Shown in pieces: positions 8,670 through 17,817 of a DNA stretch of 64,000 nt. The position numbers and the translations under genes were made by a program. Under the pieces are notes generated by a model. That model was not told the origin of the DNA and did no database searches. It saw nothing but the letters and a program-made list of their open reading frames with translations. How positions within the stretch are numbered: position 1 is the first letter of the stretch; each line of letters begins with the position of its first letter. The DNA comes from Caldisericia bacterium (GTDB taxonomy: Bacteria > Caldisericota > Caldisericia > JAAYUI01). Location: assembly GCA_963674785.1 (NCBI GenBank), contig OY771555.1:576001-640000 (forward strand), written 5' to 3'.

Positions 8670-9857
8670 TTACTCCAAACCCATCCTCTTCCTGACCTCA
8701 TCAGCCGAAATAACCCCTGCATCAATCAATATCTTGTCAATCTGTGCGAGTCTGAGTTCATCCTCAACATCAAGCTCATTGAAAACAAATCTGACAGATT
8801 TTACACCCAAACCCTGATTTATGATGAGTCTTGTGATTCTTTCAGAGAGAAATCTTTGACGTGGTGAGATTATGAGATTTTTGAAGTTTGTAAGTTGTGT
8901 TTCACCTGTTCCACCACCAAGATTTCCACTCTCGATTATCCCAAGCAGGTGTGGTGGGACACCATGTGCAACAACCATCAAATCACGATTCATCATTCTA
9001 TAATCAGCAAATGATGCGTCTTTTGGACTAGCAGAAATTGGTTTCAGTTCGCCCGTTATCCCTTGAGGAAACTGCAAAACCATCGTCTTGTGTGGGTTTC
9101 CTTTGAGGTCAGACAGATATCTTGTAAGTTCCTCTTTGTCCTTTGTTGATAAGGTACCACCAGAAATCATGAGGCAATACTGCGGTGTGGCGTTGTTGTC
9201 AAAAAAATTCACATTGTAGTCACGTGCCATAAGATCACCCATCAAAGCACCAATTGCAGGAACAGAATCTGGCATCCCGTAAAATGAGGATGCGGGATTA
9301 TATTTTGCAAGGTGGATGATTTCAGACATCGGGAGATTTGTTGTCTCATCAATTTCAATTGTTTCTGCGCCAAACCTTGCGAACTCTCTTTTTTTACCAT
9401 TCCTAATCTGCAAAAATCCACCATCCCTCTTCACTCTCACTGTTTGTGCTGGGATGTGGAAAAGCCGACTTATTCTTCCAAGAGAATCACGTGTGACTTC
9501 AAGATAGCTGTTGCCAAGACATTCAAGGTCGATCATCACAGAACTTAATAGCTCAGAGAATGAAAGCTCCGGGTTACAAGAACCTAAAAATTCAGAAACC
9601 CTTTCTCTATCGATGGGATTTGGTGTAGACCCATTATCAACAAGCCTCCATCCAAGACCAACAGTGTATTGAGCCTTGATGTTTACGGCACGATAATATA
9701 TCTCACTGCTTCTGTAAAGCTCTAGAAGCCTTTCAAAATCAAGGTACTCTGGTGGGCTTATCACCCCATCAATCCCAGCGAAGGAATCTTCAATCTGTCT
9801 TGAATTATCAACCGTCAACTTGTCTATAAAATCCAGTTTTGCTGTTTTAATCATCAC
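8670..9857 (-). CDS. Phage portal protein (PBSX family)
   Basis: D.E.LGN.YLEV.R, EIIH...YNP...YG.P, N..FF.N.A.P and AHGVPP.L.GI motifs. Confidence 0.92.
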   Translation of the reverse strand: MMIKTAKLDFIDKLTVDNSRQIEDSFAGIDGVISPPEYLDFERLLELYRSSEIYYRAVNIKAQYTVGLGWRLVDNGSTPNPIDRERVSEFLGSCNPELSFSELLSSVMIDLECLGNSYLEVTRDSLGRISRLFHIPAQTVRVKRDGGFLQIRNGKKREFARFGAETIEIDETTNLPMSEIIHLAKYNPASSFYGMPDSVPAIGALMGDLMARDYNVNFFDNNATPQYCLMISGGTLSTKDKEELTRYLSDLKGNPHKTMVLQFPQGITGELKPISASPKDASFADYRMMNRDLMVVAHGVPPHLLGIIESGNLGGGTGETQLTNFKNLIISPRQRFLSERITRLIINQGLGVKSVRFVFNELDVEDELRLAQIDKILIDAGVISADEVRKRMGLE

Positions 9858-9871
9858 CTAGCCCCTTTCTC

Positions 9872-11263
9872 TTAGAAAAAATCAACCCTTGCGCATCTAT
9901 TCAAACTTGTACCAAGTCTCACAGCCATCTCGAAAGCATCAATCCTGTCATCATGACTTCCTTTTGGAAACTCCAGAAGCTCATCCCTGAATGCCTTATG
10001 ACCTTTGCCGATAAAGACTTTACCTTCCTCAAACAAAGGTTGCAAAGTCCTTATTCTTGCTTGCTTTGATACCTTAGTGTGCGAAATTGGCACAATTGGA
10101 GTTTCAATCTGTTCTCTCAGTCTTTCAATCATCACTCGCTGATAACCAACATCCTCTATTCCGAGTTTTTCCGGATTCCATTCATTTACTTTCCTGATTA
10201 TCAATTCTTGTTGAGTCAAAAATGTGAATCTGCCAGAAACCTCATCTAAAAGAAACCAGTTTCCAGCACTGTTCACACCAACCACAACAAGCGAAAAAAG
10301 GTCGGCATTTTCAGAATCAGATATTGCAAGATCGCACGCCATATAGACATTCATGTCAGCCCTTTCAGGCTGGTTCATCCAGTGTTTTATCCATTTCTCC
10401 TGAAAGATATTCCCGGTCATCCCGGCAGTATCATTCTGCTTTTCTCGGTCAAACATGAGTGATCCTGAAAGCAATCTGTCAACAAGCAACCTGTTTATGT
10501 TCCATTCTTTTCCCCAAAGGGTTTTCCATGTACCGGTTTTATCAACTGAAAGTAGCTTCCCTTCAGGTGAAAAGTGAAAGAATCTTTCTATCGGTTCGCC
10601 ATTTTCAATTGCCTTTTCGAAATTATCTGGGTAGTTGATAATCGCACGCTCAACCTGAACACTCCAAGCGGGATTACCGATAAATTCAGAGGAAACATCC
10701 TCAGGATGTTTCCTCGTGCCGAGAACAAGAAGCCTTGTTTTTGGCAATGCAAGCTGAAGTAGCGACCCTTTAAACCATTCAGAAATTTTTGCTCGAGAGG
10801 TTTTTGTGCTACTGTTCATCTCATCGATGATGTCATCACAGAGGATAAAGTCGTAGTGCATTCCAGTTATCGATCCACCAACCCCACATGCTGTAATTGA
10901 TGGCTCTTTGCATATATTTGCCAAAAGCCGCAATTCGGTTTTATTCTTTGGTTTGCCGATTTCAAATTCAGGGTAAGAAGAAAGCTTTGTCTCAATCGTG
11001 TTTTTAATCTGGGTAAGAAGTCTTGCTGCAAGTGTTTCTGTTTTTGAGACTATCAAAACCCTTGTTTCCGGATTCATCTTCAGAATCGAAATGATTCCAA
11101 GCAGTCCCCATATTGTTGTTTTACCATGTCCACGAGGGGAAAGCTGAAGCCTTCGATCCCAATTGCCATTATACGCTTCAAGCCATTTTTTGTGATGTGC
11201 TGCAAGTCGAATATCAAGAATTTCGGCAATCTCAAGTGATGTATCCAAAAGGGAGCAACCCAT
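9872..11263 (-). CDS. terL: Terminase large subunit
   Basis: Walker A PRGHGKT, Walker B FILCDD, coupling GTRKH, nuclease CDLAIS and HDDRIDA motifs are all intact. Start ATG 11263 lies downstream of the promoter. Confidence 0.92.
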   Translation of the reverse strand: MGCSLLDTSLEIAEILDIRLAAHHKKWLEAYNGNWDRRLQLSPRGHGKTTIWGLLGIISILKMNPETRVLIVSKTETLAARLLTQIKNTIETKLSSYPEFEIGKPKNKTELRLLANICKEPSITACGVGGSITGMHYDFILCDDIIDEMNSSTKTSRAKISEWFKGSLLQLALPKTRLLVLGTRKHPEDVSSEFIGNPAWSVQVERAIINYPDNFEKAIENGEPIERFFHFSPEGKLLSVDKTGTWKTLWGKEWNINRLLVDRLLSGSLMFDREKQNDTAGMTGNIFQEKWIKHWMNQPERADMNVYMACDLAISDSENADLFSLVVVGVNSAGNWFLLDEVSGRFTFLTQQELIIRKVNEWNPEKLGIEDVGYQRVMIERLREQIETPIVPISHTKVSKQARIRTLQPLFEEGKVFIGKGHKAFRDELLEFPKGSHDDRIDAFEMAVRLGTSLNRCARVDFF

Positions 11264-11305
11264 TTCTCGCCCCCTTTTCATTGATATAGTTTTTTGACAT
11301 ATCAT

Positions 11306-11333
11306 ATAGTATCTATAATATATTCACTGTCAA
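11306..11333 (-). promoter_or_regulatory. Sigma70-type promoter for the terL operon
   Basis: TTGACA-16 bp-TACTAT on the minus strand, ~45 bp upstream of terL. Confidence 0.65.
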
Positions 11334-11546
11334 ATCAAATAGTACAATTGCTATCCAAATAAGTCCCTAGATACCAGAATCAATTATTGTTATTATACAA
11401 TAATTTAGATGAGACACATGGTTTTGAAAATGGTGCAGGATGGACTCTAAAAAATGTCGTAAATACAAACAAACCCTTACCAAACATGAATTTTATAAAT
11501 CGTCGAAACAAGCAAAAATGTCGCTTTTTTCATATCTTGAAAAACA

Positions 11547-11575
11547 TTGACCAAACATGAAAAAACAAGTAACAT
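11547..11575 (+). promoter_or_regulatory. Sigma70-type promoter
   Basis: TTGACC-17 bp-TAACAT upstream of the 11600 CDS. Confidence 0.5.
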
Positions 11576-11599
11576 CATAGCCAAGGAGAATTTACCTAA

Positions 11600-14155
11600 A
11601 TGAGAAGATTTCTAATTTTATTTGTAGTTTGTTTGCTTATCGTCCCCACTGTTTTGCTTGCTGACATGAACCTTGAATTCACTGCAGTTGGTCACGGTCC
11701 TCTTAAAGGGGAGCTTGGTCTGCCAATAAAGATGTGTCCACTCCCAGATGGCAGATTTGCAGTGCTTGATGGAGCAACAAAGATGGTTTCTGTTTTTTCT
11801 GACTCTGGAGAGTTTGAAAAAAACATCAGCCTTCCAAAAACCTTCCAATATGAAGTAATCAAAAATGTTGAAAACTTCGATACAACATCACTCAACTTCT
11901 CTTTGACAAATCTCGATATGGTTTCAAATTCTCTTTCTGAAATCTTCTTTTTGACAGAAACAAACATCCTGAAACTGGGTTCTGATGGAACTGTGAAGGA
12001 CAGGATTGGAGATTTTGAAGTAAAAAGCTCTATGATCACAAAACCAGTCTCATTTGATATCGGCGATGACGGTAATTTCTATGTTCTTGATAAAAACAAC
12101 TGTGTTGTTGTGGTCGATACCAAAGGCAAACAGCTCAGGAAAATCGGTGAAATTGGCGAGGGAAAACAGAAGGTTTTAAATCCTCTGATGGTTTGGGTTG
12201 AAGACGATCTTGTAATCGTGCTTGACGACTCTGGTAAACTGACCGCAAGCCCACAAACAGACGATAATGCGATAACAGTCTGGAAACGTGATGGGACATT
12301 TGTCAGAGAGTTTGCTGCATTTTGCGATAGATTCGAACCAGAAGACCATCAGATTTTCCACAGTGTGATCGGTGAGGTATCAGGTGAAGATATTTATCTT
12401 CTTGACCTGCACGCATCACTTGGTGGAATGTACTGGACAATCAAACACTTCCAGACAAATGGTGACTATATGAAGGTCATCAAATCACCTGTTGAAGATA
12501 TGCATCCAGTCGCATCTGTAATTTTTGATATCTATGCAAATGGTGACAAACTCTTCTTCTGTTATCCATTTTTATCAAAAATAGTTTCAGAAGACGGCAA
12601 AAATGAAATCGGAAAACCAACTGAAGAAACACTTACCTCACCATATTCTGCTTGTCCAATTTCTGATTCTGAAATGATTATCATGGAAAGCAATCCTCTC
12701 AGGCTTCACAAATATGATGAGGACGGCAATCACATCAAGGTCGCCACTCTAAACACAAAAACACACGGTCTTCCCGGACTCGAATACACAGTTGGTGTTG
12801 ATATTGATTTTGACGGTGAAAACATAATTGTTGCAACAATGGACTCAATTCTCATGGTTGACCCAAAAAACCTCGAGATTGAAGACAGCATAGAGCTTTC
12901 AAGAAACATCGACAACCTTGCTCTGACAAAAGCCATGGCAGAATCAAACGGAGTTATCCATGTTCTCGATACTCTCTCACAACTAACCAGCTTTACAAAG
13001 GGATTACCAATAACATTCGATTTGAGTGAGTCACTTCCTGATCACAAATTTGTTGACATCGCAACTGATCTGAATGAAAACATTCTTGTTTTATCAACAG
13101 AAAAACCAGGCATTGGATGGTTTTCAAAATCTGGTGATTACAGTAATTTTGTGAGTCTTCCAGATGTCAAATCACCTTCATCAATCTGTGTTACAGATAA
13201 GGGTTTGATTTTTGTAACATCTCTTGAAGAAAACAAAGTATACAACGTCTCAAAAACTGGAAGTGTCGTGTGGGAGGGTGGAGTATCCGAGTTCATAAGC
13301 AAATTTGATACAGCAGAAGATTATGCAGCAACCCCTGACTACATGGTGTACCCTGTAAAGATAAGAACATTTGATAATCAGATTGCAGTACTTGATTTTG
13401 GAAACTTCAGAGCTTTGAAACTATCCGAGAAAGAAGAAGCAGCACCAGAGAAAACCCCAGCAAAACTTGTTGTTACTCAGGACTTCATAGACTTTGGTGA
13501 AGAGATTTATTACCCCGAAAAAATCAAAAAAATCATCCAGATAAAAAATACCGGTGAATTACCACTTGAAGGAACAGCAAGCACAGATTCAAAATATCTT
13601 TCCGTAAGCCCAACCGCAATTGAAAACGATACCCTCATAATCTACGTCACTTGCGAGTTTTCAATTGATGACGCCTGGAAAACAATTTCAGACCAGACTA
13701 TCAAGATTGAGACAAACGGTGGGACAGAAATTGTTAAGATAAACCCAATGAATGTTGTTGGAAAGATCGTTTATATGGATATTGGTAATCCAATCTTCAG
13801 GGTAAAAACAGTTGGTGCCGACCGCGATTTTGAAACAAATCGTGCCCCGATAATTGAAAATAGCAGAACATATGTTCCACTTCGTGCACTTGGTGATGTG
13901 CTTGGTGCAAGCGTCGACTGGGATGGTGATGACCGCCGTGTTACATTCAAGCTTGACAGTAACACTGTTGAACTCTGGATTGGGAAAAATGTCGCAAGAG
14001 TCAACGGTGCTGAGGTTGAACTGACAGACCTTCCGATTATCGTGAATGATTCAACATATGTTCCCGTAAGGTTTGTCTCAGAGCGTCTTGGTGCGGGTGT
14101 TTCATGGATTGCCGCAACCAGGACGGTTGAGATTAAGTATCCGGTTGCTGAATAA
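11600..14155 (+). CDS. Secreted NHL/beta-propeller protein with C-terminal copper amine oxidase N-terminal (stalk) domain
   Basis: Signal peptide, NHL-like repeats and C-terminal P.I.N.RTYVPLR / YVPVRFVSE.LG..V.W. Confidence 0.8.
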   Translation: MRRFLILFVVCLLIVPTVLLADMNLEFTAVGHGPLKGELGLPIKMCPLPDGRFAVLDGATKMVSVFSDSGEFEKNISLPKTFQYEVIKNVENFDTTSLNFSLTNLDMVSNSLSEIFFLTETNILKLGSDGTVKDRIGDFEVKSSMITKPVSFDIGDDGNFYVLDKNNCVVVVDTKGKQLRKIGEIGEGKQKVLNPLMVWVEDDLVIVLDDSGKLTASPQTDDNAITVWKRDGTFVREFAAFCDRFEPEDHQIFHSVIGEVSGEDIYLLDLHASLGGMYWTIKHFQTNGDYMKVIKSPVEDMHPVASVIFDIYANGDKLFFCYPFLSKIVSEDGKNEIGKPTEETLTSPYSACPISDSEMIIMESNPLRLHKYDEDGNHIKVATLNTKTHGLPGLEYTVGVDIDFDGENIIVATMDSILMVDPKNLEIEDSIELSRNIDNLALTKAMAESNGVIHVLDTLSQLTSFTKGLPITFDLSESLPDHKFVDIATDLNENILVLSTEKPGIGWFSKSGDYSNFVSLPDVKSPSSICVTDKGLIFVTSLEENKVYNVSKTGSVVWEGGVSEFISKFDTAEDYAATPDYMVYPVKIRTFDNQIAVLDFGNFRALKLSEKEEAAPEKTPAKLVVTQDFIDFGEEIYYPEKIKKIIQIKNTGELPLEGTASTDSKYLSVSPTAIENDTLIIYVTCEFSIDDAWKTISDQTIKIETNGGTEIVKINPMNVVGKIVYMDIGNPIFRVKTVGADRDFETNRAPIIENSRTYVPLRALGDVLGASVDWDGDDRRVTFKLDSNTVELWIGKNVARVNGAEVELTDLPIIVNDSTYVPVRFVSERLGAGVSWIAATRTVEIKYPVAE

Positions 14156-14163
14156 TTAGTTAA

Positions 14164-14380
14164 CCCTCCCTGATGGGGAGGGCATTTAAACCGGTTATTC
14201 TTGGCTACTTCCACGTCATTCCCGTCCCTCCGTCATTCCGGGCTTGACCCGGAATCCAGGATTACTTTTGATACATGAATTATTTATTCAGCGATTCTTG
14301 TTGTTTGAAAAATCATTTCACCCAATAAAACAAATACGCTTTTTAATGCCCTAGACCCAAGGTCTTCGCCCGGGGTGACG
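14164..14380. repeat. Composite palindromic repeat element, copy E (inverted, outside the phage module)
   Basis: Reverse complement of the A/D layout: CCCTCCC..GGGAGGG-CATTTAAA, CGTCATTCCGGGCTTGACCCGGAATCCAGG-TTACTTTTGA, spacer, GACCC..CTTCGCCCGGGGTGACG. Confidence 0.8.
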
Positions 14381-14623
14381 GAAAAGGGTGCGAAGGTATC
14401 ACCCACTAACACCTCTGGAATGACAAAGAAAGAACAAGGATATTGTGAAGAGATTCTCAATCCTTCATTCCAAACTCCCTCTCCATTCATTTTGATAGGC
14501 TCCTGAGCCTGGTTTATCCAGAGCTTGTCGAAAGGCAAAGCATGATAGGAATTTAGATGTTTGTTTTGTTTATATGCAATATTATTTTTGCTAAAATCCC
14601 CTTAGTTGGTTTGGAGGAGATTC

Positions 14624-15937
14624 ATGAAAAAAGCGACCATTTTGAGTGTATCAATTCTTCTTGTTGTAGGCTTTGTGTTACTTTTTGCTTACAATTTTGT
14701 CGCCTATGGCGGAGATGAGAAACTCGCTGAGGGAAGCTACCGCACAAAAAACTTCTTCCTGCTTGATGTAAAAAACAAAACTCTTCCAAAAACCGAATAC
14801 AAACTCAAAACAGACTTTGATTATCCAGAAGATTCAATTTACAAACCAACCAATGATTTTGAGCTGATTACAAAAAATCTTCCAAGACCAAAATATACAA
14901 GGGATTATGATCCTGATAAGAAGTTTGAGCCTGTGTTTTTGAATGAATATCAGGGTGAGGGAGAACTTGAAGAGGTTTGGAGAATAAACTATGAAGAATT
15001 GATTTACAATCTGGATTGTTTTAAAAATGCAGCATCAAGAGTCTTCCTGTTTGACAATATTTTGGAAGTAAATATAAACGGTAACTATTTTGAAGGTTTT
15101 AGATTCACTTATTATTTTGATTTGCTGACTGGAAAAGGTGCTGATTTTAACGGTTTTAAATCTAAAATCTCTGAGTATCAAAGTAAAAATGTTTTTTCCA
15201 ATACTACTTTTTCTCCTTTTAAAAATGAGTACTTAAGATCAGATTACCCAAAACTTGAATTACTTGATAGATTCGGAAACATAATTTGGCGAATTGAATC
15301 TTATGACAATCCGTGTGATTTGTTTGGTGTATTTGATATGGATGGAAATAATTTTTTTTCAACAAAAGACAACGGAATAATATGCACTAACACCCAAACT
15401 GCCGAAACAAACTGGATTTTGCAGTGTTCTGATAAAAAAACAATTTTGGATTCTGTATACAAAAATGGATATTTATGGGTAAATACAATCGATATGCCAT
15501 TTGGTGGATACTTACAGGCCAATAATACTTCGAGGTTTTATCGAATTGATCTAGCAAGTTTAGAGGTTCTTGAGTTAGAAAATAAAGATTTTTATTCTCA
15601 TAGCTCATTTGCATTTGAAGGCTCAAAACTCGCCATGGAGTCAAAAAAAGGGACATATTTTTTTGAAATCGAGACAGGATCAGAGATCGAAGTAAAGCAT
15701 AAGCCTGATAGTTTAGATACTTACAACAGAACAGGATACTTCCAAAATTCAAAATTATCCAAGTGGGACAAAGACAGCTCAAGATTCATTGGTATATCAA
15801 AGCCAGATATGACACCTGACTGGCAAATAGACACAAGTAATCTTCCCACACATGAAAAGATTTTTGCTTCAGAGGATATTACTGGTGTATATATATCCGG
15901 TGAAAGCTTTGTGGCATGCTACAGAAAACCAGAATAA
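14624..15937 (+). CDS. Membrane-anchored/secreted hypothetical protein, probable PQQ-like beta-propeller
   Basis: N-terminal hydrophobic helix and G..IW / T..W propeller-type motifs. Confidence 0.55.
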   Translation: MKKATILSVSILLVVGFVLLFAYNFVAYGGDEKLAEGSYRTKNFFLLDVKNKTLPKTEYKLKTDFDYPEDSIYKPTNDFELITKNLPRPKYTRDYDPDKKFEPVFLNEYQGEGELEEVWRINYEELIYNLDCFKNAASRVFLFDNILEVNINGNYFEGFRFTYYFDLLTGKGADFNGFKSKISEYQSKNVFSNTTFSPFKNEYLRSDYPKLELLDRFGNIIWRIESYDNPCDLFGVFDMDGNNFFSTKDNGIICTNTQTAETNWILQCSDKKTILDSVYKNGYLWVNTIDMPFGGYLQANNTSRFYRIDLASLEVLELENKDFYSHSSFAFEGSKLAMESKKGTYFFEIETGSEIEVKHKPDSLDTYNRTGYFQNSKLSKWDKDSSRFIGISKPDMTPDWQIDTSNLPTHEKIFASEDITGVYISGESFVACYRKPE

Positions 15938-15943
15938 AAATAG

Positions 15944-16624
15944 CTAACTTCTCTTCAACACCCCACAACCAGCAATAGCATTTGCAAGCTTTACATCCCC
16001 TTGATGTGTGATTTTGATGTTTGTTGTCTCACCCGGTACTGTAAGTACTGATATCCCAAACTCAGCCATGATATGTGCTGTGTCGCGGAAACCGCTCAGG
16101 TTTCCTTTTAACTTTTCATAAGCAAAACGGAGGGGTTTGAGATATGCAAACTGGGGGGTTTGGGTTACGTATAGACTATCTTTGATACTAGCTGAAACAC
16201 GCTGGTCGGCACGGATTTTTTTGACAGCACCGTTAATTGGCAAAATCGGCACAATACAACCGGCTTCAGTTTTTCTTGATAACATCAAATCAATCAGTTT
16301 TGATGTTGCAAATGGTCTTGCACCGTCATGCACAAAAACCGCATCATAATCATCGGGGATTTTCTGTAGTGCATTGTAAACAGTCTCAGCTCGGGACATC
16401 CCTGGCTCTGAAAACTCGATATTTGAGGCAGTAAAGCCCGAGATTTGCTTTTTTGAGTGTTTCTGGTCTGCTATAGCGACAACAACAAAATCGATGCTCT
16501 GATGGAGTGAAAGCAGAGAAACCGACCAAGCAAGTACGGACTTGCCAGAAAACTTCAGACCCAGTTTGTCAGAACCGAACCTGCTTGAGTTTCCACCTGC
16601 AGCAATTATCCCGGCTATTTTCAC
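15944..16624 (-). CDS. ispD: 2-C-methyl-D-erythritol 4-phosphate cytidylyltransferase
   Basis: AAGG.SSRFG..K, VHDGARPF, QTPQ and NIKIT motifs; follows a PIN/TRAM gene as in the yacL-ispD arrangement. Confidence 0.85.
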   Translation of the reverse strand: MKIAGIIAAGGNSSRFGSDKLGLKFSGKSVLAWSVSLLSLHQSIDFVVVAIADQKHSKKQISGFTASNIEFSEPGMSRAETVYNALQKIPDDYDAVFVHDGARPFATSKLIDLMLSRKTEAGCIVPILPINGAVKKIRADQRVSASIKDSLYVTQTPQFAYLKPLRFAYEKLKGNLSGFRDTAHIMAEFGISVLTVPGETTNIKITHQGDVKLANAIAGCGVLKRS

Positions 16625-17691
16625 AGACTATTTATCCTGCCAAAAACGATCCTTCCCTGTGGGTTTTGTAACAGTGACGTGCATGTAATTGTGACAGTTT
16701 TTCCAATTGAATCCTTGCCATCCTCAACAACAACCATCGTCCCGTCATCAAGGAATCCGATTCCCTGTTCACGGTCTTTTCCTTCTTTGATGACTTTTAT
16801 TTCAATCTTTTCACCAGGGACAATTACGGTCTTTAAGGCTGATGCAAGTTCATTCAGGTTTATCACCATGCCACCCGCAGCACGGATTTCATCAGTGATC
16901 TCACGGTCGCAACTGATTATCTTTGCGCCTTCTTTTACAAAACCCATAAGAAGGTCTGTGTGTCTTCCTCTGTTTGGTGAAGGAAGCACCTCAAGTTTTT
17001 TTGGGAAAATCTCCTGGAGTTTTTCCATCGCCTTTGTTCCGCGTTTCCCACGATGTGCAAGGATTGGATCAGGTGAATCTGAAATCCTTTGAAGGTCTAC
17101 GAGTACAAAAGAGGGGACTGCAAATCTACCAGAAAGTGTGTTTGTTTCAAGAAACTCTGTTATTCTTCCATCAATCAGCGATGAACTATCGAGAATATAT
17201 TTTTCTTTGGTTCCTTTTCCACCACCAGATACACCGATGAAACCTCTGATTGCATCAGTTATTGCGTCCTTTTTTGCAACTCCAATCATCCAAAGAATTA
17301 TAAAAAGTGTTGGTGTGATCAGCATCGGAACTAGGTCTTTAAGTTTCGTATCATATGAAAGAGCATATCTAAGAATTGGCTCTAAAAAGAGGTAGATTAC
17401 GGTTGTCAAAATAAGGGCAAAAATCAGGATAATCATATCCGTGAGCGCCCACCTCTTCAAAACTTTTGAGAAAAATTTCTGCAACATCTTCATGAATTTT
17501 GTTATTTCAGGATAGATGATATAAAAGATAAAAGCACCAAGGATGCAAGCAAGGAGAATCCACATAAAGAATATGTTTCGATCATTACTTTGTCCAACCA
17601 AAGCCCTCAAAAACGAAGAACCTTTAAAGGTATATCCAGCAAGCAGTGCCCCTGCAAGGGAAAAAATCAATCTGTCTAGTATCATTCTCAT
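16621..17691 (-). CDS. Membrane PIN/TRAM domain protein (YacL-like)
   Basis: TM helices, ILDSS.LIDGRI PIN motif and GK...QG.GFLDDGTMVVVEDG TRAM motif. Confidence 0.9.
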   Translation of the reverse strand: MRMILDRLIFSLAGALLAGYTFKGSSFLRALVGQSNDRNIFFMWILLACILGAFIFYIIYPEITKFMKMLQKFFSKVLKRWALTDMIILIFALILTTVIYLFLEPILRYALSYDTKLKDLVPMLITPTLFIILWMIGVAKKDAITDAIRGFIGVSGGGKGTKEKYILDSSSLIDGRITEFLETNTLSGRFAVPSFVLVDLQRISDSPDPILAHRGKRGTKAMEKLQEIFPKKLEVLPSPNRGRHTDLLMGFVKEGAKIISCDREITDEIRAAGGMVINLNELASALKTVIVPGEKIEIKVIKEGKDREQGIGFLDDGTMVVVEDGKDSIGKTVTITCTSLLQNPQGRIVFGRINSL

Positions 17692-17757
17692 GTTAATAAA
17701 TCACCTCAACTAGCTATTGTACTACAAATAATCATAAATTCAAAAAAGGTAGCAAAT

Positions 17758-17787
17758 AAAAAAGGGCAACCCGAAGGCTGCCCTTTT
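17758..17787 (-). terminator. Intrinsic terminator
   Basis: AAAGGGCAACCCGAAGGCTGCCCTTT hairpin with flanking A/T tracts. Confidence 0.8.
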
Positions 17788-17817
17788 CTTGGTAATCGAA
17801 CTTTGATTAAAAGCTGA

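Noticed and set aside
11264-11599. Small terminase gene upstream of terL
   Set aside because: Only a 14-codon in-frame extension and AT-rich promoter sequence; no suitable ORF was seen.
1402-14380. Palindromic repeats as a CRISPR array
   Set aside because: Copies are dispersed and variable, lack regular repeat-spacer periodicity, and no cas genes are present.
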